64,000 bases of DNA from Octopus sinensis (lineage: Eukaryota): NCBI RefSeq assembly GCF_006345805.1, contig NC_043003.1, positions 16,554,001 through 16,618,000 on the forward strand. Direction: 5' to 3'. Shown one piece after another: positions 52,560 to 64,000 of this stretch. The translations under genes and the position numbers were made by a program. The notes under the pieces are model-generated. The model was not told the DNA's origin, searched no databases, and worked only from the letters and a program-made list of their open reading frames with translations. Numbering within the stretch: position 1 is the first letter of the stretch; every line of letters begins with the position of its first letter.

Positions 52560-53290
52560 AGAAAAAGTGCTTAGCGGCATTTCTTCCGATTTTACGTTCT
52601 GAGTTCAAATTCCGCCGAGGTCGACTTTGCCTTTCATCCTTTCGGGATCGATTAAATAAGTACCAGTTACGCACTGGAGTCGATATAAGCGACTTAATAC
52701 GTTTGTCTGTCCTTGTTTGTTCCCTCTGTGTTTAGCCCCTTGTAGGTAGTAAAGAAATGGGTATTTCATCTGCCGCTACGTTCTGAGTTCAAATACTGCC
52801 AAGGTCGACTTTGTCTTTCATCCTTTCGGGATCGATTAAATAAGTACCAGTTACGCACTGGGGTCGATATAATCGACTTAATCCGTTTGTCTGTCGTTGT
52901 TTGTCCCCTCTGTGTTTAGCCCTTGTAGGTAGTAAAGAAATGAGTATTTCATCTGCCGCTACGTTCTGAGTTCAAATACTGCCGAGGTCGACTTTGTCTT
53001 TCATCCTTTCGGGGTCGATTAAATAAGTACCAGTTACGCACTGGGCTCGATATAATTGACTTAATCCGTTTGTCTGTCGTTGTTTGTCCTCTCTGTGTTT
53101 AGCCCCTTGTGGATAGCAAAGAAATAGGCATTTCTTCCGACTTTACGTTCTGAGATCAAATACCGCCGGAGTCGACTTTGCCTTTTATATTTTCCGAGTT
53201 TTTAAAATAAGTCCCCGTTGAACACTGGGGTTGATGTAATCGACTTATCTCCTCCTCCGAAATCACTGGCCTTGGACTAAAATTTGAAAT
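52560..53290 (+). mobile_element. SINE family A tetramer
   Basis: Units start at 52577, 52761, 52944 and 53128; the last ends in the aaaatttgaaa tail. Confidence 0.9.
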
Positions 53291-53834
53291 TAATATAAAA
53301 GGCCTGTGAGATCATTGTGGTTGATCATCACAGATTATGTGACCTAACATTCATCTTATCTTTAAAGAGTTTATATATCACAGTGAGATGTCATTGCTTT
53401 AACGTAGGATTGTTTCCCTAGTAACAACTGTGCCATTTATCTCGTTGAAGAAAACTACCAAGGTGGAATGGGTGCGTTGTTTTGTTTGCATAGAATCAGG
53501 TCGTGTCTGGCGTAGGATGTTTATGCTCTGCACATGACAGACGTGTAAGGAAGATAAAAGAGAAGAGCAGCACGGTTTCGCCTAATACTTTGTTACAAGA
53601 CCTGAAAATGTGTTTTGTCTGGAAGTCGAGAGATCGATATCAAATGTCCACTTTCTTTAGTCTGTGCAGACTGTACAGTAGCGACTACGGTGTAATATAT
53701 TCCAAATATATCGTATATCGTGGAATATTTCTGAATTACAACCAAGAAAGTCGAAAGTTTGACTCTTACAAATCCATTTAGAAAAGCGTTAAGTTGCGAC
53801 ATTGCACACGCACGCACGCACGCACACGCACACG

Positions 53835-53874
<40 letters not shown>

Positions 53875-54182
53875 CGGGTGTGCGCGCATAAATGCACATT
53901 TGAATATGTGTGTGTGCGTGTGTGTATTCGAATGCGCAAAATATATGTATATGCATGTGTGTATGTGTGTACTTTTACTTGTTTCAGTCATTGGACTGCG
54001 GGTATCCAAGGCCCCGCTTTGAGTGGTTCAGTCGATGAAATCGCCTTGCAGTTTCTACTTTTAAGTCTGGTACTTATTTCAACTATCGAACCGCTTAGTT
54101 TCGGGATGCAAAGAAAAAAAAAGTTAGTTGTCAAGTGATATATGTATATAATATATACATACATATATATATACACAAGTAT

Positions 54183-54251
<69 letters not shown>

Positions 54252-54280
54252 GTATATATATATATATACATACATACATA

Positions 54281-54318
<38 letters not shown>

Positions 54319-54514
54319 AGTAGTTTAATGAATTATCTTATTAAGGATAATTCGAAAGATAACCGATACCTGGGTAGCAAATTCACATCAGAAAGAACAC
54401 GGTTGAAGTTACGTCCCTAGGGCATAGACTACGTGCTTTCGTGCGGAAATTTGTATGTTTATTTTAAAATTATAAGTTTATGAAAGAATGGAGTTGAACG
54501 ACATGTTAACACAT

Positions 54515-54613
54515 TTCCTTTATTTTCGACATATATTTCGAAGGCTGCATATTCCTAATTCTGAAGGAATAAGGAGTACATTATGCAGATTTCTCATCAG
54601 GAAAGGCAAGGAA
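54515..54613 (-). ncRNA. Type I hammerhead ribozyme, canonical core (paralogue of 10720-10818)
   Basis: Minus strand ttccttgcctttc-CTGATGA-gaaatctgcata..tatgcagccttc-GAAA-tatatg-TC-gaaaataaaggaa. Confidence 0.82.
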
Positions 54614-54817
54614 CTTATGTCGACATCAAAATGCACAAAAAACTTTTAGCTGACTGCTCTCAAGGAGAGCAGTCAATATTTAAATCTAAATATTTCAATC
54701 TAGCGGTTTTTGTGTGTTTTAAATGGCTTATAAACACCTTCCACGCTGCAATTATTTTCGTTCAAGTACACGATCTCAGATTAGGTCACTTGCTACCCAA
54801 GTACATCTCCGTAAAAC

Positions 54818-54855
<38 letters not shown>

Positions 54856-55059
54856 AGTATGTATATATATATATACTAGCAGGTCAGCCCAGTCCCACCC
54901 GGTCTGTTTGGATGATGTGGCTGTGATCGTTTCCGGTTAGGCATAATCCTCTTCCTCTCCTTTTTTTATTTCTGAGACGCTAAAAACTATATTAAATGTG
55001 TTTCAGAATAGTAGGCTTATCCAACTAGAGCATCTAAAATAATATCTCAAAAGAGAAGT

Positions 55060-56700
55060 GCTTGTGTCAAAGAGCATTCTTTGGAAAACGACTGCAGGAT
55101 ACCAAAGAAACTTCAAACTGTCAGTTGCTACCTGTTACTTGGAGGTACCATCAAAGGAAGAAAACAAAGAGCAAAGGAAATTTCGAAAGAAGTAACTTTT
55201 TTATGGCAAAAGAAATTAAATTTCCCATATTCATCAATTCAAAATTTACAAGCAAAAGTAGAAGTGTTGAATACCTACGATAAATGTGTAAGACGAAGAA
55301 AATACGATTCATTGAAAGAAATTTTTGACATCACAAAGGAAAACGGTGAATGGCTGAGCAGTGAGGATAGAAGGTTATATTATCTTCAAATTGAAAGCAA
55401 GGGTCAGGTTGGGTATGCAACTGGAAAGGCTAGTTCCAAAGCTATCCACCCATCCAAAAGAATATAAGTGTCCTTATTGCCAACTTCAACTAGAGAAACT
55501 CCAGTGTCATCGTCAACGACTGAAGCAGAGACTGAAAATGAATATCAAGAGTCCGAAATATCAGATGAAGAATCCACACAAACAAGGAGGAAGTATAGCA
55601 AAACTGGAACTGCAACCGAATTAGTAATATCTTCCAACTTATCAACTGAATTATCTCAAGATAGAATCATTGTCGAGACTCCTTCCCAATCTGGCATTTA
55701 CACATCGACTATCAAAGAAGCTGTTAAACTAAAAAAGAAAATGAAGAAAACACTATATTTAGAAAACTGGTAATTGCATTTTGATGGTAAACGTATTGAT
55801 GACCAAGAATACCAAGTGTTAGTTTTAAAGAACGAACAGAGTGAAGTTAAGTTAGAAGCACTCCAATTACTAAACGGAAAAGCCAATACTGTTGTGAAAG
55901 GAATAACAGCTATTTTAGATTAATACAATTTATGGAACTTCGTAAAGATGATTATCGCTGATACAACGTGTGTGAACACGGGGAAAAGAAATGGCATTGT
56001 CATTCAGTTGCAAAGACTGTTTGCTCAAAAGGGTTTGAAAGAACCGCATTTTATTGGTTGTCAGCATCATATCCTTGATATAGTTCTTCGTGTTGTAATG
56101 GATAACGAACTTGGAGAAAATAATGTCATTCCCAATAGTTAATATAAAATTCATCCCAGAGCTTCTGTATGATTACGAGAAACTCCAGGCTAATTTAAAA
56201 AATGGTGAAGAAAGGTTTACTGAATCAGCAGGATGGCGAAATGACATGAATTTCTATTTCATTTGACCAGAGGTTTTCGTTTCTTTAAAGAAACCGGCAA
56301 ATTTCCTACTGTAAAGTTTCAAAAACTACCCAACTTAAGTAATGCAAAATGGAATTATCGAGCAATACTAGCTCTTTTGGTATTCATTCTTCTAGCAGAG
56401 AAATGAGTTTTGCTTCTCAATGTTTGTCGATTCATCTCTTACAACTGGGCAGATTTTTGGTTTACTGACCAAATGTTCAATGCACATGATAATCAGAAGT
56501 TATGTGGTATCCTGCAAGTTCATAAAAAAGCATTGAACTCTGTAAAAAACCTTTGGAGTCGAGAACCATCAAAAATGGAAATTACCAGAACAAATTAGAG
56601 AGCAGGACGGGCAATCAAGTGTCTTCACAATCTTTATGATGTTTGTAAAAAAGAAGGAGAAACTTCAGCTTCGATTTATTTTATCTAACAAAACATTAAT
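55060..56700 (+). pseudogene. Decayed DDE transposase, hAT-like (hATm type by motif pattern)
   Basis: Across frameshifts and stops: LHFDGK (55777), IIADTTCVNTGKRNG, GCQHHILD (CxxH, 56059), LSNAKWNYRAIL, and RAGRAIK at the expected AERAIK position. TIRs not identified. Confidence 0.7.
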
Positions 56701-57222
56701 TCTTTATGTTTAAAAATTGGTTAACATCCAGCACACTTTTTCTTATACAGTTATTTAGAATTGGAATTAAACCTATAAAGTTAAAAATATGTATTGTTTT
56801 TAATTTTGTATTTTATCGAATACTTGTAGTGGCCTCCGTCTTTAAATAGCCTAGTTTTGAACCTTTGCATAGAGCAATTTCAATTCAGTAATTTAAGAAT
56901 GTACAAATACACTTTTATTCCACATCTCTCTTGCGTTTACAAGGATACTGGCAGCAGAAATACCGAAGTGTGAATACTATTTCTGCATTGCATTGAGTCA
57001 GTGTACCAAGTTTGGTAAAAAAAAACCCACCTGAGCGGGCGTTATGAACGCTCCTAGAATTTTGCATGATTTGGGTCAAAAGTGGTGATCGATTTCTTAA
57101 GTTGGGGTGACGTTTCTTTTTTCAAATAAAGCAAAATAAATGTTAGTTTCTTGACTTTTACTAAATTATTCATCGAATTACAGTATAGAGTTATTGGGTT
57201 GTGAAAAAGTCATAACCGTGAT

Positions 57223-57280
<58 letters not shown>

Positions 57281-57340
57281 ATATATATATATTAACCGAA
57301 ATTAACACCATTGCAGTCAATCTTACCGATTTGCAGTGGG

Positions 57341-57506
57341 GGTTCAACAGGATGTTAGATAGCAACATGATTAGGTAACAATGCGCTCTTCAGAGTTGGC
57401 AGTTAGGGAGGAAAATACAACAGTCAGCTCTGAAGAGCGCAGGGTTACATAATCGGGCTGTTATCTAATCTCCTGTTGAACCTCGAGTGCGAAACCAGTT
57501 AGTGAG
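57341..57506. repeat. Imperfect 142-nt hairpin from an inverted PLE-like duplication, with a decayed hammerhead
   Basis: Arms 57341-57404 and 57419-57482 with a 19-bp inner stem; plus strand CTGAAGA(57430)-gcgc..gtgc-GAAA-ccagT-t. Confidence 0.7.
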
Positions 57507-58663
57507 ATCGGCCGTAATGGATATGTAATACAATACACCTCAATTTAACATACCTACTCTATTGACAAATATACGTATGCATATTTTTCCTAAATTATTG
57601 ATTCTTAGACGGCTATATATTTGGGCGACGATTTTCTGTGCTTTTTCATCTGCCATATTTACTAAAGAAAATTTCTTTGGTGTGGTGCTAGAGTAGAGTA
57701 GAAGACATTTGCTTAATGCGCAGAGTAGTGGGACTGAACCCGCAACGACATGACTAAGAAGTAAAACTAGTAATCACACAACCATGCATCATAATACGCC
57801 TATGTACATAGGTGTGTGCGTGCATGTGTGTGTCTGCGTGAGTGCGTGCGCGTGTGTGTGTCTCGTTAAATAACTGAATGTAAGTTATGCAATGCTATTT
57901 CTCAAAATTCCTTATAAAAGCTACACCGAAACGATGGCAATCGCAGACAAGTTCTACTAAACATCATTTACATACCATTGCGATATTTTTTCTATAAATG
58001 ATGAATGTAGTTTTTGCTTTATGGTTGTATTTCAATTTTGCTTTATTGAAGAATACTTTATCCACTTCTATCATATAACTCTGGTTATTGATAAAGAATA
58101 ATTTTAGCTCCTTATACCGACTTGATTATTCAATCTTTTAGCAAACATCTTATCGTGATTTTTTTCCCATTTTTGCAATAAATACTTAAAAGACAATCTT
58201 TAATTGAACGATAAACATCTTTTTTTTTTTAAATTTTCTGGGTATTTCTGTTTCTTCGACTTACCTCCTTCCCAAACTTACTGGCATTGGGCCAAAGTTT
58301 GAACTCGTTGAAATCAATATTTATTCATGAAATCAAGGTAGCGAGCTGGCGGAATCGTTATTGCGCCGAACGAAATGTTTCGCAGCATTTTGCGAGTTCA
58401 AATGCTGCTGGCGTCGAATTTGCCTTTTTTCCTTTCGCGGGGTCGATAAGAAAAACGTACCACTTGAACACTGGGGATCGAGGTAATTGCTTATCTCCTC
58501 CCCCGAACATGCAGGCCTTGTGCCAAAATTTGATATCAATATTTATTCATGAAATATAAACAAATTTTAATTTGTTGCTCAATTACGCCGTAACTATAGT
58601 AAATAACCAGTGGTTTCAAATTTTGGCGCAAGGTCAGCAATTTCAGAGAAAGGTATAAGTCGA

Positions 58664-59222
58664 AGATCTTTCCCTTTTGAACGGCAGACAATTTCTAGTT
58701 AAGTAAACACTTTAAAACTTCGTATACTGGTAGAATGTATCAAAATAAAACATTTTTTTCTCTTGGCTTTCTTGAGAAAATTGTAATTTGTTTGTTTAAC
58801 GTAGTTTAATTTTTCGAATTTTAACCAATCCTATGCTCTCTTTTGAGCTATAATCATTTCCGTACGTATACGGAAAGCGTGTGTATAAATTTCGTTTTTT
58901 TTTTTACACGCGTAACAATTAAATTAATTTAACAATTAAGAAAAAAAAATTAGGGTTAGGGTTAGGTTGAGGGATAGTGACAGGAAGTTGTCTCAGTTTT
59001 AGACGCAGCAAATGATTTTAGCTCAAAACAGAGCATAGGATTGGTTAAAATTGCCGAAATGCTCAGATTTTCAGACGAAACATCTTACAAACTATAGAAT
59101 TTTCTCAATAATACCAAGAGAAAATGATATTTTATAAAAACATTCTACCAGTATACGAAGTTTAAAAGCGTTTAGTTAACTAGAAATTGTGTTGGCATCT
59201 GCCGTTCAAAAGGAAAAGATCC
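58664..59222. mobile_element. Long-TIR foldback element with central TTAGGG repeats and an 8-bp TSD, inserted in SINE A
   Basis: Ends agatctttcccttttgaacggcaga and tctgccgttcaaaaggaaaagatcc; TSD taagtcga at 58656-58663 and 59223-59230. Confidence 0.88.
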
Positions 59223-60896
59223 TAAGTCGATTACATCGATTCCAGTGTTCAATTGGTACTTATTTTATTATTCCCGAAAGGAGGAAACGTAAACCCGGCC
59301 TTGACAGAATTTGAACTGAGAATGTAAAGACGGACGAAATGCCTGTTGGTATTTTGCCCAACGAGCTAACGATTCTTCCGGTTTGCCGCCTTACAGCAAA
59401 TAAATATTAACGAACAGTCCCTTATGTATAAGACAGTAATGTACGAAAAGATCGACAGTCATAAACTAATAAGCAGTTAACGTCCAAAGATATTTAGTTG
59501 TATCCCCCATCTGCTTCTGACGATTCTATAATTATTCCCTACACTTTTGAGTCAGCAAGCTGTGCAGCACTACTTTACAACTTCAGTTGAATCCACCGCC
59601 TCTCACTGTTCTTTATGTATCTCACATAGTATTAAATCGCACTAAACACTTCATCCGAAAACCTTCTATTTCCAGAATCTTTCAAACTCTAAAGCAACCG
59701 AATTGAACCCAACTGTCTGGAATAATTCGTTGAGTTTATTGGTGCGTACTAATAACGAGGTGCGTACTAATAACGAGGTGGTAGAGCTCACGGTTGTAAA
59801 AATCGATACTATGGTAAAATTAAGTTCTAACATTGGCAAGACCCTATATTTGCATAAGGAATCGGTGTAGTCGATTAAATTGTTCTCAGTACCTGATTCA
59901 GAGTTTATAAAATTTCAAGCAGATGGAAGTAAAATTTTACACTGCTTTTCATTGGAAAGTTCCACTCCACTCGTCAGAATGACAATATTTTTCAAGAGAA
60001 GAATATGGGAGTGTTCGGCTATCATACCGTACCTGCAACATACACAGATCCTTTAGAGAAAATAGCACGGACATGTAGGATGGTTTTCGCCTTTAAAATA
60101 TTTGAAATTCTGTAAATGCCACTGGAACCATGAGGTACTTTTGAAGCTTTGACGTGTCTTTTTTTACATCCTGCAAAGTGTCCAAAAATCTTCCTTCCCA
60201 CCAAGCAAGATTGGTGGGGTTGCCGGTTTAGTTATTGACGCCTCGTCCATGTAACCGGTTATAATAGGTTACATGTTGCTAGTAGCGCAAGAGCTATCCT
60301 GACATGATTGTAATATAACTTATTATGACCTGACCTGACATAGTAACTATATATATATATATATATATATACTGTTGTGTCTGGGGAGAGTCATTTTCTT
60401 TTTGTACCTTGAAAATTTTAGGAAAATAAAAATAAGAAATAAGTGGAAATTTTACCGCTGGGTGTGTTACATTATAAGGCGCAAAAAGACAATGACTCTC
60501 CCCAGACACAACAGAATATGCTTCAACACACGAACTCATATAAAGAATCTTGCAAACCAAATCCAAATATGAAATATATTTATATATATATATATATACA
60601 ATGTTGAAAGATGTAAAAGGCCAAACAATGTAAATAGATTTTGAGATGAATTTTATACAAATATAATTATAAAATTATATTATCTCCGACAAGAAACAGA
60701 ATAGATTTGTATGTCCCGAACTATTGGATACGCATAAGAACAAAGATTAACAAGAAACTTACCTATAGTTTATGTTACCTCATCTTAAGATCTATTTGCA
60801 TTGTTTGCCCTTTTACATCTTTCAACATTATATTCCATGTACAATGATTTAAGCAAAACTATATAATCTGTTATATATATATATATATATACATAG

Positions 60897-60981
<85 letters not shown>

Positions 60982-61138
60982 GCTATATTTGGACGTATCT
61001 ACTCAATAGAATTAAAACTAGACAGACACCAACTTATAAGAACCAAAGGAGTGAAGATAGTCTTTTTAGGAAATTGCTAATGGTGAGAATAGACCCCATT
61101 GAATATAAATATTGTTGGACACAACTTCGTATCTGCGT

Positions 61139-61177
<39 letters not shown>

Positions 61178-61489
61178 TAAATATGAGTGTGTGTGTTTTA
61201 TGAGCAATAATACATAAAATGGTTAAATATCAACTGAAGGATCGGGCACTATATTTAATTAGGGTATAAAAATCATATGTGTGTGTGATGAGAAAAAGTT
61301 TCCATAATTGCATGTGTGTATAAATATATTGAGCGATTCTTCAGTTAATGCTTGACCGCTTTATGACTCATCGGACTTACAAGACATACTTTGATACTCA
61401 TAAGCGCGCGCGTACATACGAACACACGTTTATGTATGTGTATGTATATATATATATATTGATCTCTCTGTCTCTCTCTCTATATATAC

Positions 61490-61566
<77 letters not shown>

Positions 61567-61567
61567 C

Positions 61568-61614
<47 letters not shown>

Positions 61615-61780
61615 ATAGTTATCGCCATACTAATATGGCATTCTTATAAAAATAAGAATAAAGCTGTCCGCTTATTAGCTCCATGAGGCCATCGCCTAAA
61701 GTTAGCTATTTGATACACAAACTGTATCCATATAACCTTCGAACAAGGGAGGTCAGTCGTTCCACACTACTTGACCGGCA

Positions 61781-61822
61781 GCTACAGACGCGTTTCGGGG
61801 TATTGCCCCTTTTCAATGCAGC
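61781..61822 (-). ncRNA. Minimal type I hammerhead, U3:A8 core variant
   Basis: Exact reverse complement of 62222-62263. Confidence 0.75.
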
Positions 61823-62221
61823 GTAGCCAGACCAGTAGGTGTCGCTTCTGACAATCTCTGTTCGAAGGTTTTATTTACCTAGTTTCGGTGGAATACATCC
61901 ACTTGTTTTCAATAATAGAAATATTAAAATTACTAAGTTCGAAGGTTATATGGATACAGTTTGTGTATCAAATAGCTAACTTAAGGCGATGGCCTCATGG
62001 AGCTAATAAGCGGACAGCTTTATTCTTATTTTTATAAGAATGCCATATTAGTATAGCGATAACTATTATTTTCCGGGAACGCTGCCGTTGTTCTCTTTTA
62101 GAGAGACTTAGTAATTTTAATATTTCTATTATTGAAAACAAGTGGATGTATTCCACCGAAACTAGGTAAATAAAACCTTCGAACAGAGATTGTCAGAAGC
62201 GACACCTACTGGTCTGGCTAC

Positions 62222-62263
62222 GCTGCATTGAAAAGGGGCAATACCCCGAAACGCGTCTGTAGC
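62222..62263 (+). ncRNA. Minimal type I hammerhead, U3:A8 core variant
   Basis: gctgca-TTGAAAA-gggg(caata)cccc-GAAA-cgcg-TC-tgtagc; palindromic stem III acgcgt; GUC site after C62257. Confidence 0.78.
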
Positions 62264-62590
62264 TGCCGGTCAAGTAGTGTGGAGCGACTGACCTCCCTTG
62301 TTCGAAGGTTATATGGATACAGTTTGTGTATCAAATAGCTAACTTAAGGCGATGGCCTCATGGAGCTAATAAGCGGACAGCTTTATTCTCATTTTTATTT
62401 TTATAAGAATGCCATATTAGTATGGCGATAACTATTATTTTCCGGGAACGCTGCCGTTGTTCTCTTTTAGAGAGACTTAGTAATTTTAATATTTCTATTA
62501 TTGAAAACAAGTGGATGTATTCCACCGAAACTAGGTAAATAAAACCTTCGAACAGAGATTGTCAGAAGCGACACCTACTGGTCTGGCTAC

Positions 62591-62632
62591 GCTGCATTGA
62601 AAAGGGACAATACCCCGAAACGCGTCTGTAGC
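62591..62632 (+). ncRNA. Minimal type I hammerhead, U3:A8 core variant (one stem II mismatch)
   Basis: As above but ggga/cccc; predicted cleavage after C62626. Confidence 0.7.
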
Positions 62633-62872
62633 TGCCGGTCAAGTAGTGTGGAGCGACTGACCTCCCTTGTTCGAAGGTTATATGGATACAGTTTGTGTAT
62701 CAAATAGCTAACTTAGGCGATGGCCTCATGGAGCTAATAAGCGGACAGCTTTATTCTTATTTTTATAAGAATGCCATATTAGTATGGCGATAACTATTAT
62801 TTTCCGGAACGCTGCCGTTGTTCTCTTTTAGAGAGACTTAGTAATTTTAATATTTCTATTATATATTATATA

Positions 62873-62911
<39 letters not shown>

Positions 62912-62949
62912 TATACATATACACCTACATGTATATACATATATATATC

Positions 62950-63018
<69 letters not shown>

Positions 63019-63027
63019 TATATACAT

Positions 63028-63083
<56 letters not shown>

Positions 63084-63195
63084 GTTTAAATATTTGTTGT
63101 GCAAGATTTTTTATGTGAAGCAAAATAACACCAAATATATAGTGCGTGTGTTTTTATTGGCTAAACTGGCAATATGACCATTCCGAAATATAACA

Positions 63196-63278
<83 letters not shown>

Positions 63279-63330
63279 TATACATACATATATACATATA
63301 TATACATACATATATATATACATATATATA

Positions 63331-64000
63331 TTTTTTTGTTGTTTCAGGTCAGAGCTGCGGCCATGGTGATGCACCGCCGTTTTGTGCTACACTGTTATTA
63401 CGAAGAACCTCCTCTAATATGTGGCACTTGGTGAAGAATGGAGTTTGATATAGCTATTCCCATTTGCACCTCTTGCCGTGAGGTAGGTTCATCTGGGACT
63501 CTCGACAGGAAGATGTCCAGCTTTGATTTAAAAACCGCTACATCTACTTTGTGCAAGTACCTCAGACTCTTTGGGAGAATATTAAAAAGCTGTGGGCCCT
63601 TGAAACCCAGGCTGTTGCAGAAGCTGGTCCTGAAGCGTGATGGCATTGCTGGGATCTTTGGCACTATGCAGTGTCGTCCCGTTCTAGCATTGGTGTAGCT
63701 TACAATGCCAAAATTTGGCACAATTCCTTCCAGGATCTTCCAGACATATATTATTGCATACCGCTCCCGTCTTCTCTCCAGGGAGTAGAATCTTAGCTAT
63801 TTCAACCTTTCCCAGTAGCTGAGCTGTTGCAAAGAGACGATCTTCTTTGTGAATCTTCTCTGGATTGCTTCAAGGTCCGCTGTTAATTTCACACTAGTGG
63901 GTGACCATAGCTGTGAGCAGTAATCCAGGCGGCTGAGGACGAATGTCCGCCAGAGGACCATCATGGTTTCCTTATCTCTGGTTCTGAATGTTCTTAGGAT
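63331..64000 (-). mobile_element. CR1-like LINE 3' end (RT C-terminus and 3' UTR), running off the window
   Basis: ILRTFRTRDKETMMVLWRTFVLSRLDYCSQLWSP..LEAIQRRFTK..LSYWERLK*LRFYSLERRRERY..NSLGFKGPQLFNILP..FKSKLDIFLSRVPDEP; one in-frame stop at 63797-63799; A-rich tail. Confidence 0.9.

Larger units (their letters stand above)
61612..62862. mobile_element. Young retrozyme/PLE-like array: one inverted permuted copy plus 2.5 tandem units of 363-369 bp
   Basis: Forward units 61938-62300, 62301-62669 and 62670-62862 (partial); inverted copy 61612-61937; copies nearly identical; flanked by (TA)n. Confidence 0.9.

Noticed and set aside
52560-53290. CRISPR-like or satellite array
   Set aside because: The units are whole 184-bp SINE bodies with no unique spacers, the DNA is eukaryotic, and there are no cas genes.
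54876-57230. Helitron that captured the hAT-like transposase
   Set aside because: Only a decayed 3' CTAG/hairpin end is visible, with no matching 5' TC end, so adjacency is sufficient explanation.
57341-57482. Conserved pre-miRNA annotation
   Set aside because: I recognise no known mature miRNA, and an inverted duplication of a hammerhead-bearing repeat explains it better.
59741-59780. 18-bp tandem duplication ggtgcgtactaataacga
   Set aside because: Two copies only; an ordinary slippage event.
60022-60204. GIY-YIG nuclease from SGIY..YVAG
   Set aside because: The spacing is far longer than GIY-X10-11-YIG and the conserved Arg and Glu are absent.

Overview
AT-rich, microsatellite-dense eukaryotic genomic DNA, probably Octopus or another coleoid cephalopod (inferred from the tRNA-derived SINE families, which I recognise from memory; no database search was run). 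I found no confident host protein-coding gene, rRNA, true tRNA or CRISPR array. The window is a nested mosaic of mobile elements: four modular tRNA-derived SINE families, a non-tRNA retroposon bounded by (AAT)n, R4/Dong-like and CR1-like LINE fragments, an L1/Tx1-type ORF1, Penelope-like element (PLE) fragments, Helitrons, Tc1/mariner, pogo-type MITEs, foldback elements carrying TTAGGG repeats, and a decayed hAT-like transposase. The most notable signal is about 14 type I hammerhead ribozyme motifs or remnants, found by manual reading. Three have fully canonical cores (10.7, 29.3 and 54.6 kb). Three sit in a young 363-369 bp tandem-plus-inverted array and carry a compensatory U3:A8 core (61.6-62.9 kb). 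One decayed foldback carries a G3:C8 core (48.9 kb). Two loci look like non-LTR retrozymes copied from circular or tandem RNA. One SINE family shares its 3' tail with the CR1-like LINE at the window end. Coordinates were counted by hand, so old-repeat boundaries are approximate, and ribozyme activity is predicted, not shown.
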